Positions 25,894 to 34,551 of a DNA stretch of 43,570 nucleotides are shown here, one piece after another. Source of the DNA: Promethearchaeota archaeon (GTDB lineage: Archaea; Asgardarchaeota; Thorarchaeia; Thorarchaeales; Thorarchaeaceae); assembly GCA_048939765.1 (NCBI GenBank), contig JBHLPF010000024.1:13776-57345 (forward strand), written 5' to 3'. The translations under genes and the position numbers were made by a program. Position 1 is the first letter of the stretch. Each line of letters opens with the position of its first letter. The notes beneath the pieces were generated by a model. It was not told where the DNA came from, searched no databases, and saw only the letters and a program-made list of their open reading frames with translations.

Positions 25894-26295
25894 ATGGGTG
25901 AGGATGAGGAAAATATCAAGAAATCCAAGAAGAAACCGGCAGATTACACCGAGCTTGAATTTGAGCTTGGAGAACTAGAATTCGAAGCTAAGGGCAAATC
26001 GAAGGTCGTAGAGCGCATGTTCTACACACTTCTCGAGAAGCTCGAAACAGGAAAGCTGAAGGCTATCACAACAGCTGTCAAGGAACTTGAGGATGCTGTG
26101 GATATGGAGGAAGAAGAAGAAGAGGAGGAGGAGGAAGAAGAAGAGGAGGAGGAGGAAGAGGGAGAAGAGGAAACAGAAGAGGAAGAAGAACCCGAATCAG
26201 AAAGCGAGCCACCTCCAAAATGGGAGTCCCTTGATACAGAAACACCTCCTGAGTCAGAGCCTGAGAAGGAAGCTCGCGAATCAGAATTCGAATGA
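25894..26295 (+). CDS. Small acidic protein with a poly-Glu tract
   Basis: Short globular segment YTELEFELGELEFEAKGKSKVVERMF followed by a Glu-rich tail; AGGTG ribosome-binding site. Confidence 0.7.
   Translation: MGEDEENIKKSKKKPADYTELEFELGELEFEAKGKSKVVERMFYTLLEKLETGKLKAITTAVKELEDAVDMEEEEEEEEEEEEEEEEEEGEEETEEEEEPESESEPPPKWESLDTETPPESEPEKEARESEFE
26107..26190. repeat. GAA/GAG trinucleotide run encoding poly-Glu
   Basis: Visible directly in the sequence. Confidence 0.9.
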
Positions 26296-26379
26296 TGCTG
26301 GCACGACGCATAGGCACCCAAGAAAACCCTTAAGCCTGGATGAATGATACGTGTAATGCGATTATACGGAGAGCTGTTC

Positions 26380-26982
26380 ATGAGTCACCACGAGGGAGGA
26401 TCAAGGGATGACTATTACCTTGACCCAAAAGATGTCCTAGCTCAGTATAGTGTTGAATGGGTTTCTCTCCGGAAGTCCTACGATGAACTCAAGGCCAAAC
26501 TGGACCAAGTGAAAGCTGAACTCTCTGATCTTGACAAGAAGCTGGAGAAGGGAGAGATATCTGAAATAGAACACATACAAGAATATAGAGAGAAATGGCG
26601 TGTTTCGACACAAATGGTTCAGGTCAAACGAGAAGTAGAAGGCCGCCTCTACGAGATTCAGAAAGAGATTCGGGCGGCGAATCGACAGTTGAAACAGCTG
26701 GAGGAAGAAAAACATCGAAGAGAACGTCTTGAACAAGAAAAGAGCAATGCCATGATTGAATGGATGTCGCTAAAACAAGGGTTCGAGTTAGTAGAGCAGA
26801 AAAGACGTGAAATAACCACAGAGATGGACAAGTTAGAGGTTCAGAGAAGGCAGGGTTCAATTTCAGAAGAAAACTATAGAGGCCAGCGCATTGAGCAAAT
26901 TAAAGAGCTGGCTCAACTGTCAACTGTTGAATCAGATGTAAAGAGAAGACTGGCTGAGCTTCTTGAGATAATTAGAAAGTAG
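26380..26982 (+). CDS. Coiled-coil protein with a two-fold internal repeat (CdvA-coil/SHOCT-like motifs)
   Basis: EWVSL...LEKGEISE and EWMSL...RRQGSISEENY lie 101 aa apart; GGAGAG ribosome-binding site before ATG 26380. Confidence 0.8.
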   Translation: MSHHEGGSRDDYYLDPKDVLAQYSVEWVSLRKSYDELKAKLDQVKAELSDLDKKLEKGEISEIEHIQEYREKWRVSTQMVQVKREVEGRLYEIQKEIRAANRQLKQLEEEKHRRERLEQEKSNAMIEWMSLKQGFELVEQKRREITTEMDKLEVQRRQGSISEENYRGQRIEQIKELAQLSTVESDVKRRLAELLEIIRK

Positions 26983-27134
26983 CAGCTCAATTCCTCCAAT
27001 CAGCTATAGCCTGCAGCAATTCATGAATAATTAGAGAATAGATGAATTGTCCAAAGAAGGGACTAAACTTAAGTAGTGGTGCAAAATCGCTTCGCTTCCT
27101 AGAACCTTGAATAATCAGGGTGAGGTGAATATTA

Positions 27135-28760
27135 ATGACAACAGTAGGAATTCCTAATTCTGGCACAACAAATAAACGGGGTTCGTCAGGAACAAGAACA
27201 CGCCAATCTGATGTTAATCCTCATTCAGGAATGTGCGCGGCTTGTATAAGATCATGCACTGTTCTTTGCGAGATTAGCAAATCAGCCTTCCGAGGCAAGG
27301 AGGTATTGTATCCTGAACCCGAGGAGTTTGGTGCCAGCACTGCTTCAGGAAACAAATACTATGGTCTTGGATGGGAAGATTTCCAAATAATGGTGCAGGT
27401 GCAAAGCGCCCATGGAATCGAGGCAGACTCTGACAAGGCGATTTTCCCCAATGTTGATGTGACCACACAGATTGGAGGAGTCCCAATGAAAATCCCTGTG
27501 TTCACAGCAGGGCTAGGATCGACCGCGGTGGCTAAGCGGAATTGGGAGCACATTGCTGGAGGCGCAGCGCTTTCAGGTGTCGTTCAGGTTGTTGGTGAGA
27601 ATGTTTGCGGAATGGATCCTGATTCCAAGTTCAAAGAGGTGAATGGGCAGAAGAAGATTGAGCATTCTCCTGATATGGACTTCAGAATCAAGTCATACCG
27701 TGACTGGTGGGATGGCAAATACGGAGACATAGTTGTCCAGACCAATGTGGAAGATCAGCGGCTTGGTGTTGATCTCTACGCCATAAATAAGCTTGAGGTC
27801 AATGTAATTGAGAGAAAGTGGGGACAGGGAGCAAAGGCTATTGGTGGGGAGGTTAGACTTTACAGTCTAGAGAGAGCTAAGCAGCTTAAGAGCCGTGGAT
27901 ATATAGTCCTCCCCGACCCGGATGATCCTGTTGTTTGTGAAGCATTCAATGATGGTGTTTTCAAGACTTTCGAGCGACATAGCAGGGTAGGCATGCCCGA
28001 GTTTAAGGGAATGCAGGAGGACATTGCGTGGCTTCGAGAAAACGGTGCCAAGAAGGTCTTCATGAAGACTGGTGCATATCGACCAATAGATGTGGCATTC
28101 ACGTTCAAAGTGGCGTCTGAAGCCAAGATTGAGCACCTGACCTTTGATGGAGCAGGCGGAGGCACAGGCATGTCACCAGTCCCAATGATGAATGAAGCAA
28201 GCACACCCACGCTATACTTGTATGAACAGGTACTCAGATGTGCTCAGATTCTCAAGGAGAAAGGAAGACATGTTCCAACGCTAGCAATTGCAGGAGGGAT
28301 AATCGAGGAAACTGCGATCTTCAAGGCTATTGCTATGTCCAACTTGGATGGCAAGGGACCTCTTATCAAAGCAGTGGCGATGGCGAGATCACCGATTACC
28401 GCATCTTTCAAGGGAGCATACTTTGCGGAGCTGGCTAAGGAAGGCAAGTTACCCAAACCCTTCGTGAAGATGTATGGTGACGATCCTGAGAAGTACATGG
28501 TATCTACACCCATACTCAAGGACAAGTGGGGTGACAAGTACAAAGACATGCCCAAGGGCGCTATTGGTGTCTTCTCCTACTATCATGAGCGCCTAGGAAC
28601 AGGACTCAAGCAGCTTCTTGCAGGTAACAGGAAATGGAAGCTTGAACTCCTAGACAGAGATGATGTCTGTTCACTTACTCCTCTTGCTGAGGAGGTCACC
28701 GGGATACCGATGCCTCATCGTTACCAGAGAGCCAAGATGGAAAAGATATTGCTGGACTAA
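27135..28760 (+). CDS. FMN-binding glutamate synthase family protein (stand-alone GltB domain 2-like)
   Basis: SGMCAAC..CTVLCE, GALGS-like GLGST, KWGQGAKAIGGE, KTGAYRP, DGAGGGTGMSP, AIAGG; GAGGTGA ribosome-binding site. Confidence 0.9.
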   Translation: MTTVGIPNSGTTNKRGSSGTRTRQSDVNPHSGMCAACIRSCTVLCEISKSAFRGKEVLYPEPEEFGASTASGNKYYGLGWEDFQIMVQVQSAHGIEADSDKAIFPNVDVTTQIGGVPMKIPVFTAGLGSTAVAKRNWEHIAGGAALSGVVQVVGENVCGMDPDSKFKEVNGQKKIEHSPDMDFRIKSYRDWWDGKYGDIVVQTNVEDQRLGVDLYAINKLEVNVIERKWGQGAKAIGGEVRLYSLERAKQLKSRGYIVLPDPDDPVVCEAFNDGVFKTFERHSRVGMPEFKGMQEDIAWLRENGAKKVFMKTGAYRPIDVAFTFKVASEAKIEHLTFDGAGGGTGMSPVPMMNEASTPTLYLYEQVLRCAQILKEKGRHVPTLAIAGGIIEETAIFKAIAMSNLDGKGPLIKAVAMARSPITASFKGAYFAELAKEGKLPKPFVKMYGDDPEKYMVSTPILKDKWGDKYKDMPKGAIGVFSYYHERLGTGLKQLLAGNRKWKLELLDRDDVCSLTPLAEEVTGIPMPHRYQRAKMEKILLD

Positions 28761-28779
28761 TAGTAGTCCCATTCTTAAA

Positions 28780-28810
28780 AGGGGACCTTGGTCCCCTCTC
28801 TTCCCTTTTT
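28780..28810 (+). terminator. Hairpin plus pyrimidine tract after the GltB-like gene
   Basis: aggggacc-tt-ggtcccct followed by ctcttcccttttt. Confidence 0.7.
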
Positions 28811-28857
28811 GGAACTAGTCCTTACATTTACTCAGAAACGACATGATTTGAAATGTA

Positions 28858-28890
28858 GAGAGAAAAAGAGGCCGCCTGAGAAGCAGCCTC
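28858..28890 (-). terminator. Hairpin plus T tract after gdhA
   Basis: Minus strand reads gaggctgc-ttctcag-gcggcctc-tttttct. Confidence 0.7.
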
Positions 28891-28897
28891 AGTAGTA

Positions 28898-30157
28898 TTA
28901 TGGGAAGAGTCCTCTGAGTCTGTGAGCTGCAGCGATACGACCGACAGCAAGCACATAAGCGGCTGTGCGCATATGGACCTTCTTCTCTTGAGATATCTTG
29001 TAGACATCGTTAAAGGCACTGACAATGCGCTTCTCAAGCTTCTCATTGACTTCTTCTTCCGTCCAAGACTCTCGCGTCAAGTTTTGTAGCCACTCATAAT
29101 AAGAAACAGTGACTCCTCCCGCATTCGCAAGGATATCAGGTACCAGAAATACGCCCTTCTTGAAGAGTATCTCGTCAGCTTCAGGTGTCGTAGGACCATT
29201 GGCACCTTCAACAATTATCTTTGCCTTGACCTTGTCAGCATTCTCGGCAGTAATCTCATTCTCCAGAGCTGATGGAATAATGACGTCAACATCAAGTTCG
29301 TAAACTTCCTCTTGCTTTATGTTCTTGGCTCCAGGATAGTCCTTGACACTACTTGTCTTCTGTTTGTGTTCATTTACCTTTCTGGCATCTAGACCATCAG
29401 GGTTGTAGATTGCTCCTCTTGAGTCACTTGCTGCAACCACATTTGCACCCAGCTCCTCCATTAGCCATGCTGCATTGTAGCCGACATTGCCGTATCCAGT
29501 GATTGCCACTGTGGCACCATTTAGATCCAGGCCTATCAACTTGGCGGCTTCTCTTACGCAAAAGACTGCACCTCTTGAAGTTGCTTCATTTCTTCCGAGA
29601 GAGCCACCGACTTCAATAGGCTTTCCAGTAACGACCTCAGGGATAGCATAGCCATGATTCATGCTATACGTATCCATAATCCAAGCCATAGTCTGTGAAT
29701 TTGTGTTGACATCTGGTGCCGGTACATCTCGATAGGGACCGATTATTAGAGAAATCTCTGAAGTGAATCTACGTGTCAGATGCTCAATTTCATGTTCTGA
29801 CATCTCTTTGGGGTTGCATATGATGCCACCCTTTGCACCGCCATATGGAATATCAACCACTGCAGTCTTCATAGACATCCAGGTGGCTAATGCTTTCACT
29901 TCATCAAGATCTACTTGGGGATGATACCTAATTCCCCCTTTGAATGGCCCTCGTGCCTCATTGTGTTGAACTCTGTACCCTGTAAACACCTTAATCTTGC
30001 CGTTGTCCATTCTAACTGGAACCGAAACTTCTAGAACTCTCTTTGGATGCTTCAAGACCTCAAGAAGGTCATCATCAAGCTCCATATGTTTCGCAACAAT
30101 GTCAATCTGTTGTTTGGCAATCTCAAACGGATTCAGCGTTTTATCTTCTCCAGACAT
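28898..30157 (-). CDS. gdhA: Glutamate dehydrogenase
   Basis: GYRVQHN.ARGPFKGGIRYHP, PYGGAKGG, DVPAPDV, TGKP, GYGNVG, EGANGP, PDILANAGGV. Confidence 0.97.
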   Translation of the reverse strand: MSGEDKTLNPFEIAKQQIDIVAKHMELDDDLLEVLKHPKRVLEVSVPVRMDNGKIKVFTGYRVQHNEARGPFKGGIRYHPQVDLDEVKALATWMSMKTAVVDIPYGGAKGGIICNPKEMSEHEIEHLTRRFTSEISLIIGPYRDVPAPDVNTNSQTMAWIMDTYSMNHGYAIPEVVTGKPIEVGGSLGRNEATSRGAVFCVREAAKLIGLDLNGATVAITGYGNVGYNAAWLMEELGANVVAASDSRGAIYNPDGLDARKVNEHKQKTSSVKDYPGAKNIKQEEVYELDVDVIIPSALENEITAENADKVKAKIIVEGANGPTTPEADEILFKKGVFLVPDILANAGGVTVSYYEWLQNLTRESWTEEEVNEKLEKRIVSAFNDVYKISQEKKVHMRTAAYVLAVGRIAAAHRLRGLFP

Positions 30158-30356
30158 AATATCACCTCAAGAGACACCTGAACAAAGTGCTCTTGATAGT
30201 CCCGCGCGTGATGAGCCTTCCTTTTGAATTCATCGATGTGTAGGCAAGCCTGCCGCAAATATGAGGGTGTTCTCCCCTTTCCTTGTGCTGGTTGATGATT
30301 TTCTGTAACAAGAACAGTCATTAGACAACGCTCAAATTCGAAGCAGGGATAGAGTA

Positions 30357-31025
30357 ATGGTTGAATTCGAGCAGGAATGGATATCACCAATTCTTGAGGT
30401 ATATAGGAAAGATGCTCGATCTGAGGAAGTGAGCATAATACTAGGCTTGAACCCGATCGGGCAGTCGATTTGCCGTCGGCTTTATGAGCACAACACGTTT
30501 GAGACTGTTCTTGTCTTCAATTCTCCCTCCTTCTCAACATGGACAAGATATCCAACAGAAATGAAACCTCCTGTGGTCCCAGTCCATGCCATGGTTTCCA
30601 GCGACCTAATGCTAATCTTCGGTGACATCATGATCCGCGAATATGAATGGGTCACGGACATGCTATTCTACCTGCGAGGAAAGGTTCCAACAAGATTCGT
30701 CATTGCCTTTATGACTCACGATGGGGCAACATGTGGTCAAGTGATGTCATCAAAAGGCAATCGCCTTCTAGAGAGAATAGAAGTGCCCCTTGGTAAGTCT
30801 GATTACTACGATGGCTTGGCAGCACCGCTCCTCAGCATTGGACCCGTTGCTGGTTTGGACCCAGTTGTGTTGTTTCTTGAGAGAGCGACCGAAACAGAGC
30901 TCATCCTCCAAGTGGATGATATAACAGTTCATCAGGGTGACGTTGAAAAAGGGCTCACTCTCATCAATAAAGGACTTGGTCTAAATATGCCGGGGGTTCC
31001 GGGGTATGGTTCTGGCTCTTACTAA
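30357..31025 (+). CDS. Hypothetical protein, divergent PAC2/proteasome-assembly-chaperone-like fold
   Basis: IILGLNPIGQSI, FNSPSF, LIFGD, DGLAAPLL, VVLFLE and LINKGLGLNM follow the order of PAC2 family motifs (by eye). Confidence 0.55.
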   Translation: MVEFEQEWISPILEVYRKDARSEEVSIILGLNPIGQSICRRLYEHNTFETVLVFNSPSFSTWTRYPTEMKPPVVPVHAMVSSDLMLIFGDIMIREYEWVTDMLFYLRGKVPTRFVIAFMTHDGATCGQVMSSKGNRLLERIEVPLGKSDYYDGLAAPLLSIGPVAGLDPVVLFLERATETELILQVDDITVHQGDVEKGLTLINKGLGLNMPGVPGYGSGSY

Positions 31026-31738
31026 TTCAGCTCCTCCGACTTCCTTGTCTGGCCAAAACCTGTTCGATCTCGTGTATCCCTTGAGGAGCCACCTAGATTG
31101 ACTGTATCATCACCCATCCTAGTGTCACATTCCTCGCACATCAATGCTCTTGTACTCTTCACATCTACGATTCTTCCACACGAAATGCACGCCCACAGTC
31201 CCGATTGGAGCATCATTGTCTTGCGAAAGACAAGACGGGCTAGCTCCTTCAAGTCGGATGGACAGTCCTTTGCCACGCCAATTACTCCCTCATGAGACCA
31301 CTCGCAGATAACTGACACAAGTGTGGTGGTAAGTTCGATTATCTGGGTTGCAAGATCTTCAATCTCGGTGGATGTTTCTTCTTTGGCGTCCTTTGGTGCT
31401 TGAGGAACAGAAGAGAGAACTTCGAGGAAGGCAAAGAAGGCCGGAGCTGGAAAACGATCCTTTCCTTTCGCTTCGACCATTTGACCGAGAACAGCTGATA
31501 TCATTAGAGTTTGTGTGTAATCTTCCTTCAAGATCCGCTCTATTTCTTTGACAGTCTTGAGGGCGTCGATGCGGTATTTCTTGGAGTCGAGACCATGTTT
31601 CCTTGCCAGCACTTGAACCGCTTCAAGTAGTCCCTTTCCACCATTCATGGCCTCATTGATATTCCTAGCCACATGCTTGTAGGACAACCCCGTGTCGCGG
31701 GCGATCTTCTGGAGGAGGTCTCTGGCTGTCAGACTCAA
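31022..31738 (-). CDS. Hypothetical protein with a C-terminal C4 zinc ribbon
   Basis: CISCG..CEEC; TTG start at 31738 (alternative GTG at 31747). Confidence 0.7.
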   Translation of the reverse strand: MSLTARDLLQKIARDTGLSYKHVARNINEAMNGGKGLLEAVQVLARKHGLDSKKYRIDALKTVKEIERILKEDYTQTLMISAVLGQMVEAKGKDRFPAPAFFAFLEVLSSVPQAPKDAKEETSTEIEDLATQIIELTTTLVSVICEWSHEGVIGVAKDCPSDLKELARLVFRKTMMLQSGLWACISCGRIVDVKSTRALMCEECDTRMGDDTVNLGGSSRDTRDRTGFGQTRKSEELN

Positions 31739-31828
31739 TAAACGCACTTACCTATTGATGACAAAGAAGAGCGAGCGTACAATCTTTTAGTGACTTTGTA
31801 AGACATTACTGCGGCGGGTGACATATAG

Positions 31829-32392
31829 ATGATGTTATCGGATGTCGATATTGAGAAGGCGATAAAGGAAGGATCTATCCTCATAGATCCCTTCTCCCTT
31901 GATTCACTTGGTCCATGCAGTATTGACCTCAAGCTGGATAGTGTATTTCGAATCTACAACCCAGGCACACCAATAGATGTCGAGAATCGGGATGAGCTCG
32001 ATAAGGACACGAGGCTTGTCGATACAGAAGGTAAGCCCTTCATGATTCTCCCAGGACAATTCATTCTTGGCCAGACAATTGAGCGAATCAGAATCAGCTC
32101 GAAGTATGCAGCACTCTTGGAAGGAAAGTCCAGCATAGCTCGATTGGGGATCATTGTACATGCCGCTGGTTTGGTGAACCCTGGAACAGGAATGAAGAAG
32201 CCCGGCAGGCTGACATTGGAAATCTACTGCGAGAATCTCAGTCCAGTTCTGCTCCGACCAGGAATGTCAATAGTTCAGATGATGTTTGTACCTCTGAGTA
32301 GTCCAGCCAAACGCGGGTATGATGACCGATCCGAGAGCCATTACGTCGGACAGGACAGCCCAGATGTGGCGTATAAAGGCAAAGTATCTTAA
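31829..32392 (+). CDS. dcd: dCTP deaminase
   Basis: MLSDVDI, PCSIDLKL, EGKSSIARLG, LTLEI, Y.GQ. Confidence 0.93.
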   Translation: MMLSDVDIEKAIKEGSILIDPFSLDSLGPCSIDLKLDSVFRIYNPGTPIDVENRDELDKDTRLVDTEGKPFMILPGQFILGQTIERIRISSKYAALLEGKSSIARLGIIVHAAGLVNPGTGMKKPGRLTLEIYCENLSPVLLRPGMSIVQMMFVPLSSPAKRGYDDRSESHYVGQDSPDVAYKGKVS

Positions 32393-32430
32393 AGGGACGA
32401 AGACCGCCACAAAATCGGCTGTGGTTCAAG

Positions 32431-33417
32431 ATGAAGGATTACGACGTGGTGCTTGCAAGCGGTGCGGAGCATCTAAGGGAGCGATTTGAAGAACACGGCT
32501 TTCGTGTGTATACATCAAACCTCAATTATGATAGCAGACGTCTTTTCCCAAACACTGACATATATGCTAGACTGGGTAGAGTTTCAGAGTTGACTAACCG
32601 CAAAGTGGTTGTAATCCAAAGCTGCACTGGGGCCGGCCCAGCAGAATTTGAGCGCTACACAACCTCGGACAGAGTTCTTGAGCTACTCCTTCTTCTTGAC
32701 ATCTTGGCACATCCAGTGACAGTAGAGAAAATTGGCCACAAGCAGTTCTTGGAAGCTCCTATCGAACCTCCCTCTAGTATTGAGGTGGTTCTAACTTTTC
32801 AACCATTTGCACTTCAAGACAAGTCATTCTTAACTGGTGAGGCGTCGGCTGCAAGATGGGCCACATGTCAAATCGCCAATGCATGCGACAAGATATGGGT
32901 CGTGAACCCGCATGCACCTCATGATCTACCTTGGGTTGAAGATCTCATCAAGAGAGGAGTATACCAGGAAATCGACATCATCCCAGACCTCATTGCTTTC
33001 GGTCGCGAGAAATTTGGTTTTTCAGATTGCTTGGTAGTCACTCCAGATGAAGGTGCCAGGCAACGATATGATATTGAAGGATTTGGAAAGAGCCGAACGA
33101 ATTCATATTGTGTTGAACTGCATGGAGACCTTGATGTAAAAGGACGGCAGGTCATAGTCATTGATGACCTCACCAAGAGTGGCAGCACCCTGTTGAAAGC
33201 TGCTGAGAAGCTATATTCGCTCGGTGCATCTGATGTAGGCATGGCTGTGGCACATGTCCTACCGGTTAGAGACCGCGGAGAGAAGCTCTTGGACGCATTG
33301 ATTGAGAAGAGCAAGGAGAGAATCGTAACGACTAACACGATTCGAACTCATGCATTTTGTGAGGATGAGCCTGACCTCACCTACAATATAGTAGACACAC
33401 TTGTGAAAGAACTATGA
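32431..33417 (+). CDS. Divergent ribose-phosphate pyrophosphokinase-like (type I PRTase) protein
   Basis: FPNTDIYAR, VVIQS, LQDK, TPDEGA, K.R, DVKGRQVIVIDDLTKSGSTL, TTNTI. Confidence 0.75.
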   Translation: MKDYDVVLASGAEHLRERFEEHGFRVYTSNLNYDSRRLFPNTDIYARLGRVSELTNRKVVVIQSCTGAGPAEFERYTTSDRVLELLLLLDILAHPVTVEKIGHKQFLEAPIEPPSSIEVVLTFQPFALQDKSFLTGEASAARWATCQIANACDKIWVVNPHAPHDLPWVEDLIKRGVYQEIDIIPDLIAFGREKFGFSDCLVVTPDEGARQRYDIEGFGKSRTNSYCVELHGDLDVKGRQVIVIDDLTKSGSTLLKAAEKLYSLGASDVGMAVAHVLPVRDRGEKLLDALIEKSKERIVTTNTIRTHAFCEDEPDLTYNIVDTLVKEL

Positions 33418-33437
33418 TGTGCCCTCAGGAAGCAGCT

Positions 33438-33662
33438 CTAGTCAAGATAATCTTGTGCTTTGGATTTCGCGGCCCAGGCTTTTTCCGTGACTCGCTCAAC
33501 CAAATCGCGTTTCTCTAGATCATTGAGGGCCATGACGACTTCATTTTGATTGCACTCTACGTGTCGTTGTTGAAGAGTTCTCGAAATAGATCCTGCTCTG
33601 CGGTTGTCCTCCAGAATGAGTGTAAGTATTTCTCTCTGCAGCTGAGTAATCTCTTCGCTCAT
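33438..33662 (-). CDS. Small winged-helix protein, 74 aa
   Basis: TQLQREILTLI...AGSISRTL...EVVMALNDLEKRDLVER...W. Confidence 0.7.
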   Translation of the reverse strand: MSEEITQLQREILTLILEDNRRAGSISRTLQQRHVECNQNEVVMALNDLEKRDLVERVTEKAWAAKSKAQDYLD

Positions 33663-33786
33663 ATTCAACACTTGACCACGCCCTCTTCTGGGCGCTTTTA
33701 AGGCTATCTCCAAACAAATCCGAATAACCATTCCATCGAAACGCTTTTCTTGTGTTCAGACTCGGCGCCCGTGGGTTGGCCACTGA

Positions 33787-34527
33787 ATGCGGAGTGATAA
33801 GGAATACCATATTGATATTGCACCAGGAGAGATACCTGAACTCATATTGCTTCCTGGAGACCCTGATAGAGCTCGACTCATTGCTGAGCAGTTTTTTGAC
33901 GAGCCAATAGAGGTTGCAAAGAAACGTGAATATTGGAGCTTCAAAGGAACTTACAAAGGAGTACCAGTTGGCGTGTGCTCGACTGGAATTGGCTGCCCAT
34001 CAGCAGCTATCGCAATTGAGGAACTCGTAAAGGTGGGCTGCAGAGTCTTCGTCCGAGTTGGAACAGCTGGCGCAATTCATCCAGACTTGGTCGCAGGGAA
34101 TCTGATTATATTCACAGGCGCGGTTAGAGATGACGGAACCTCTAGACAGTATGTTCCACTTGAGTTTCCAGCGGTAGCCGACCCGGAAGTGGTTGCGGCG
34201 CTGACCAATGCTGCAGAAAAGCAGGGAGCAACATACTACGTAGGAATTGGCCACAGCAAGGACTCGTTCTACAGTGAGTATCCAGACCTGGTGGCGAATA
34301 CCCAAGCAATGAGAGATCATTGGGAGTCCTTGAAGAGAGCGAATGTGCTTGCCACAGAGATGGAATCAGCCGCACTGTTTGTTATTGGTCACCTTCGCGG
34401 AGTCAAAGTCGGAACAATATGCATAATCGTGGGTGAAAATATCGAGAAGGAATCAAAGATTGTAGGGAAACCGCCTCTTGATGATCTAGTGACAGTTGCA
34501 CTTGATGCCATGATCGGGCTAAGGTAG
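33787..34527 (+). CDS. udp: Uridine/nucleoside phosphorylase
   Basis: YHI, LPGDPDR, STGIGCPSAAIAIEEL, RVGTAG, DSFY, EMESAAL. Confidence 0.92.
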   Translation: MRSDKEYHIDIAPGEIPELILLPGDPDRARLIAEQFFDEPIEVAKKREYWSFKGTYKGVPVGVCSTGIGCPSAAIAIEELVKVGCRVFVRVGTAGAIHPDLVAGNLIIFTGAVRDDGTSRQYVPLEFPAVADPEVVAALTNAAEKQGATYYVGIGHSKDSFYSEYPDLVANTQAMRDHWESLKRANVLATEMESAALFVIGHLRGVKVGTICIIVGENIEKESKIVGKPPLDDLVTVALDAMIGLR

Positions 34528-34551
34528 AAGATTGAACTGGAATCTTCCGCC

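Noticed and set aside
26022-26381. Poly-Ser, poly-Pro/Leu and poly-Lys/Arg ORFs
   Set aside because: These are alternative frames of the GAA/GAG run that encodes poly-Glu.
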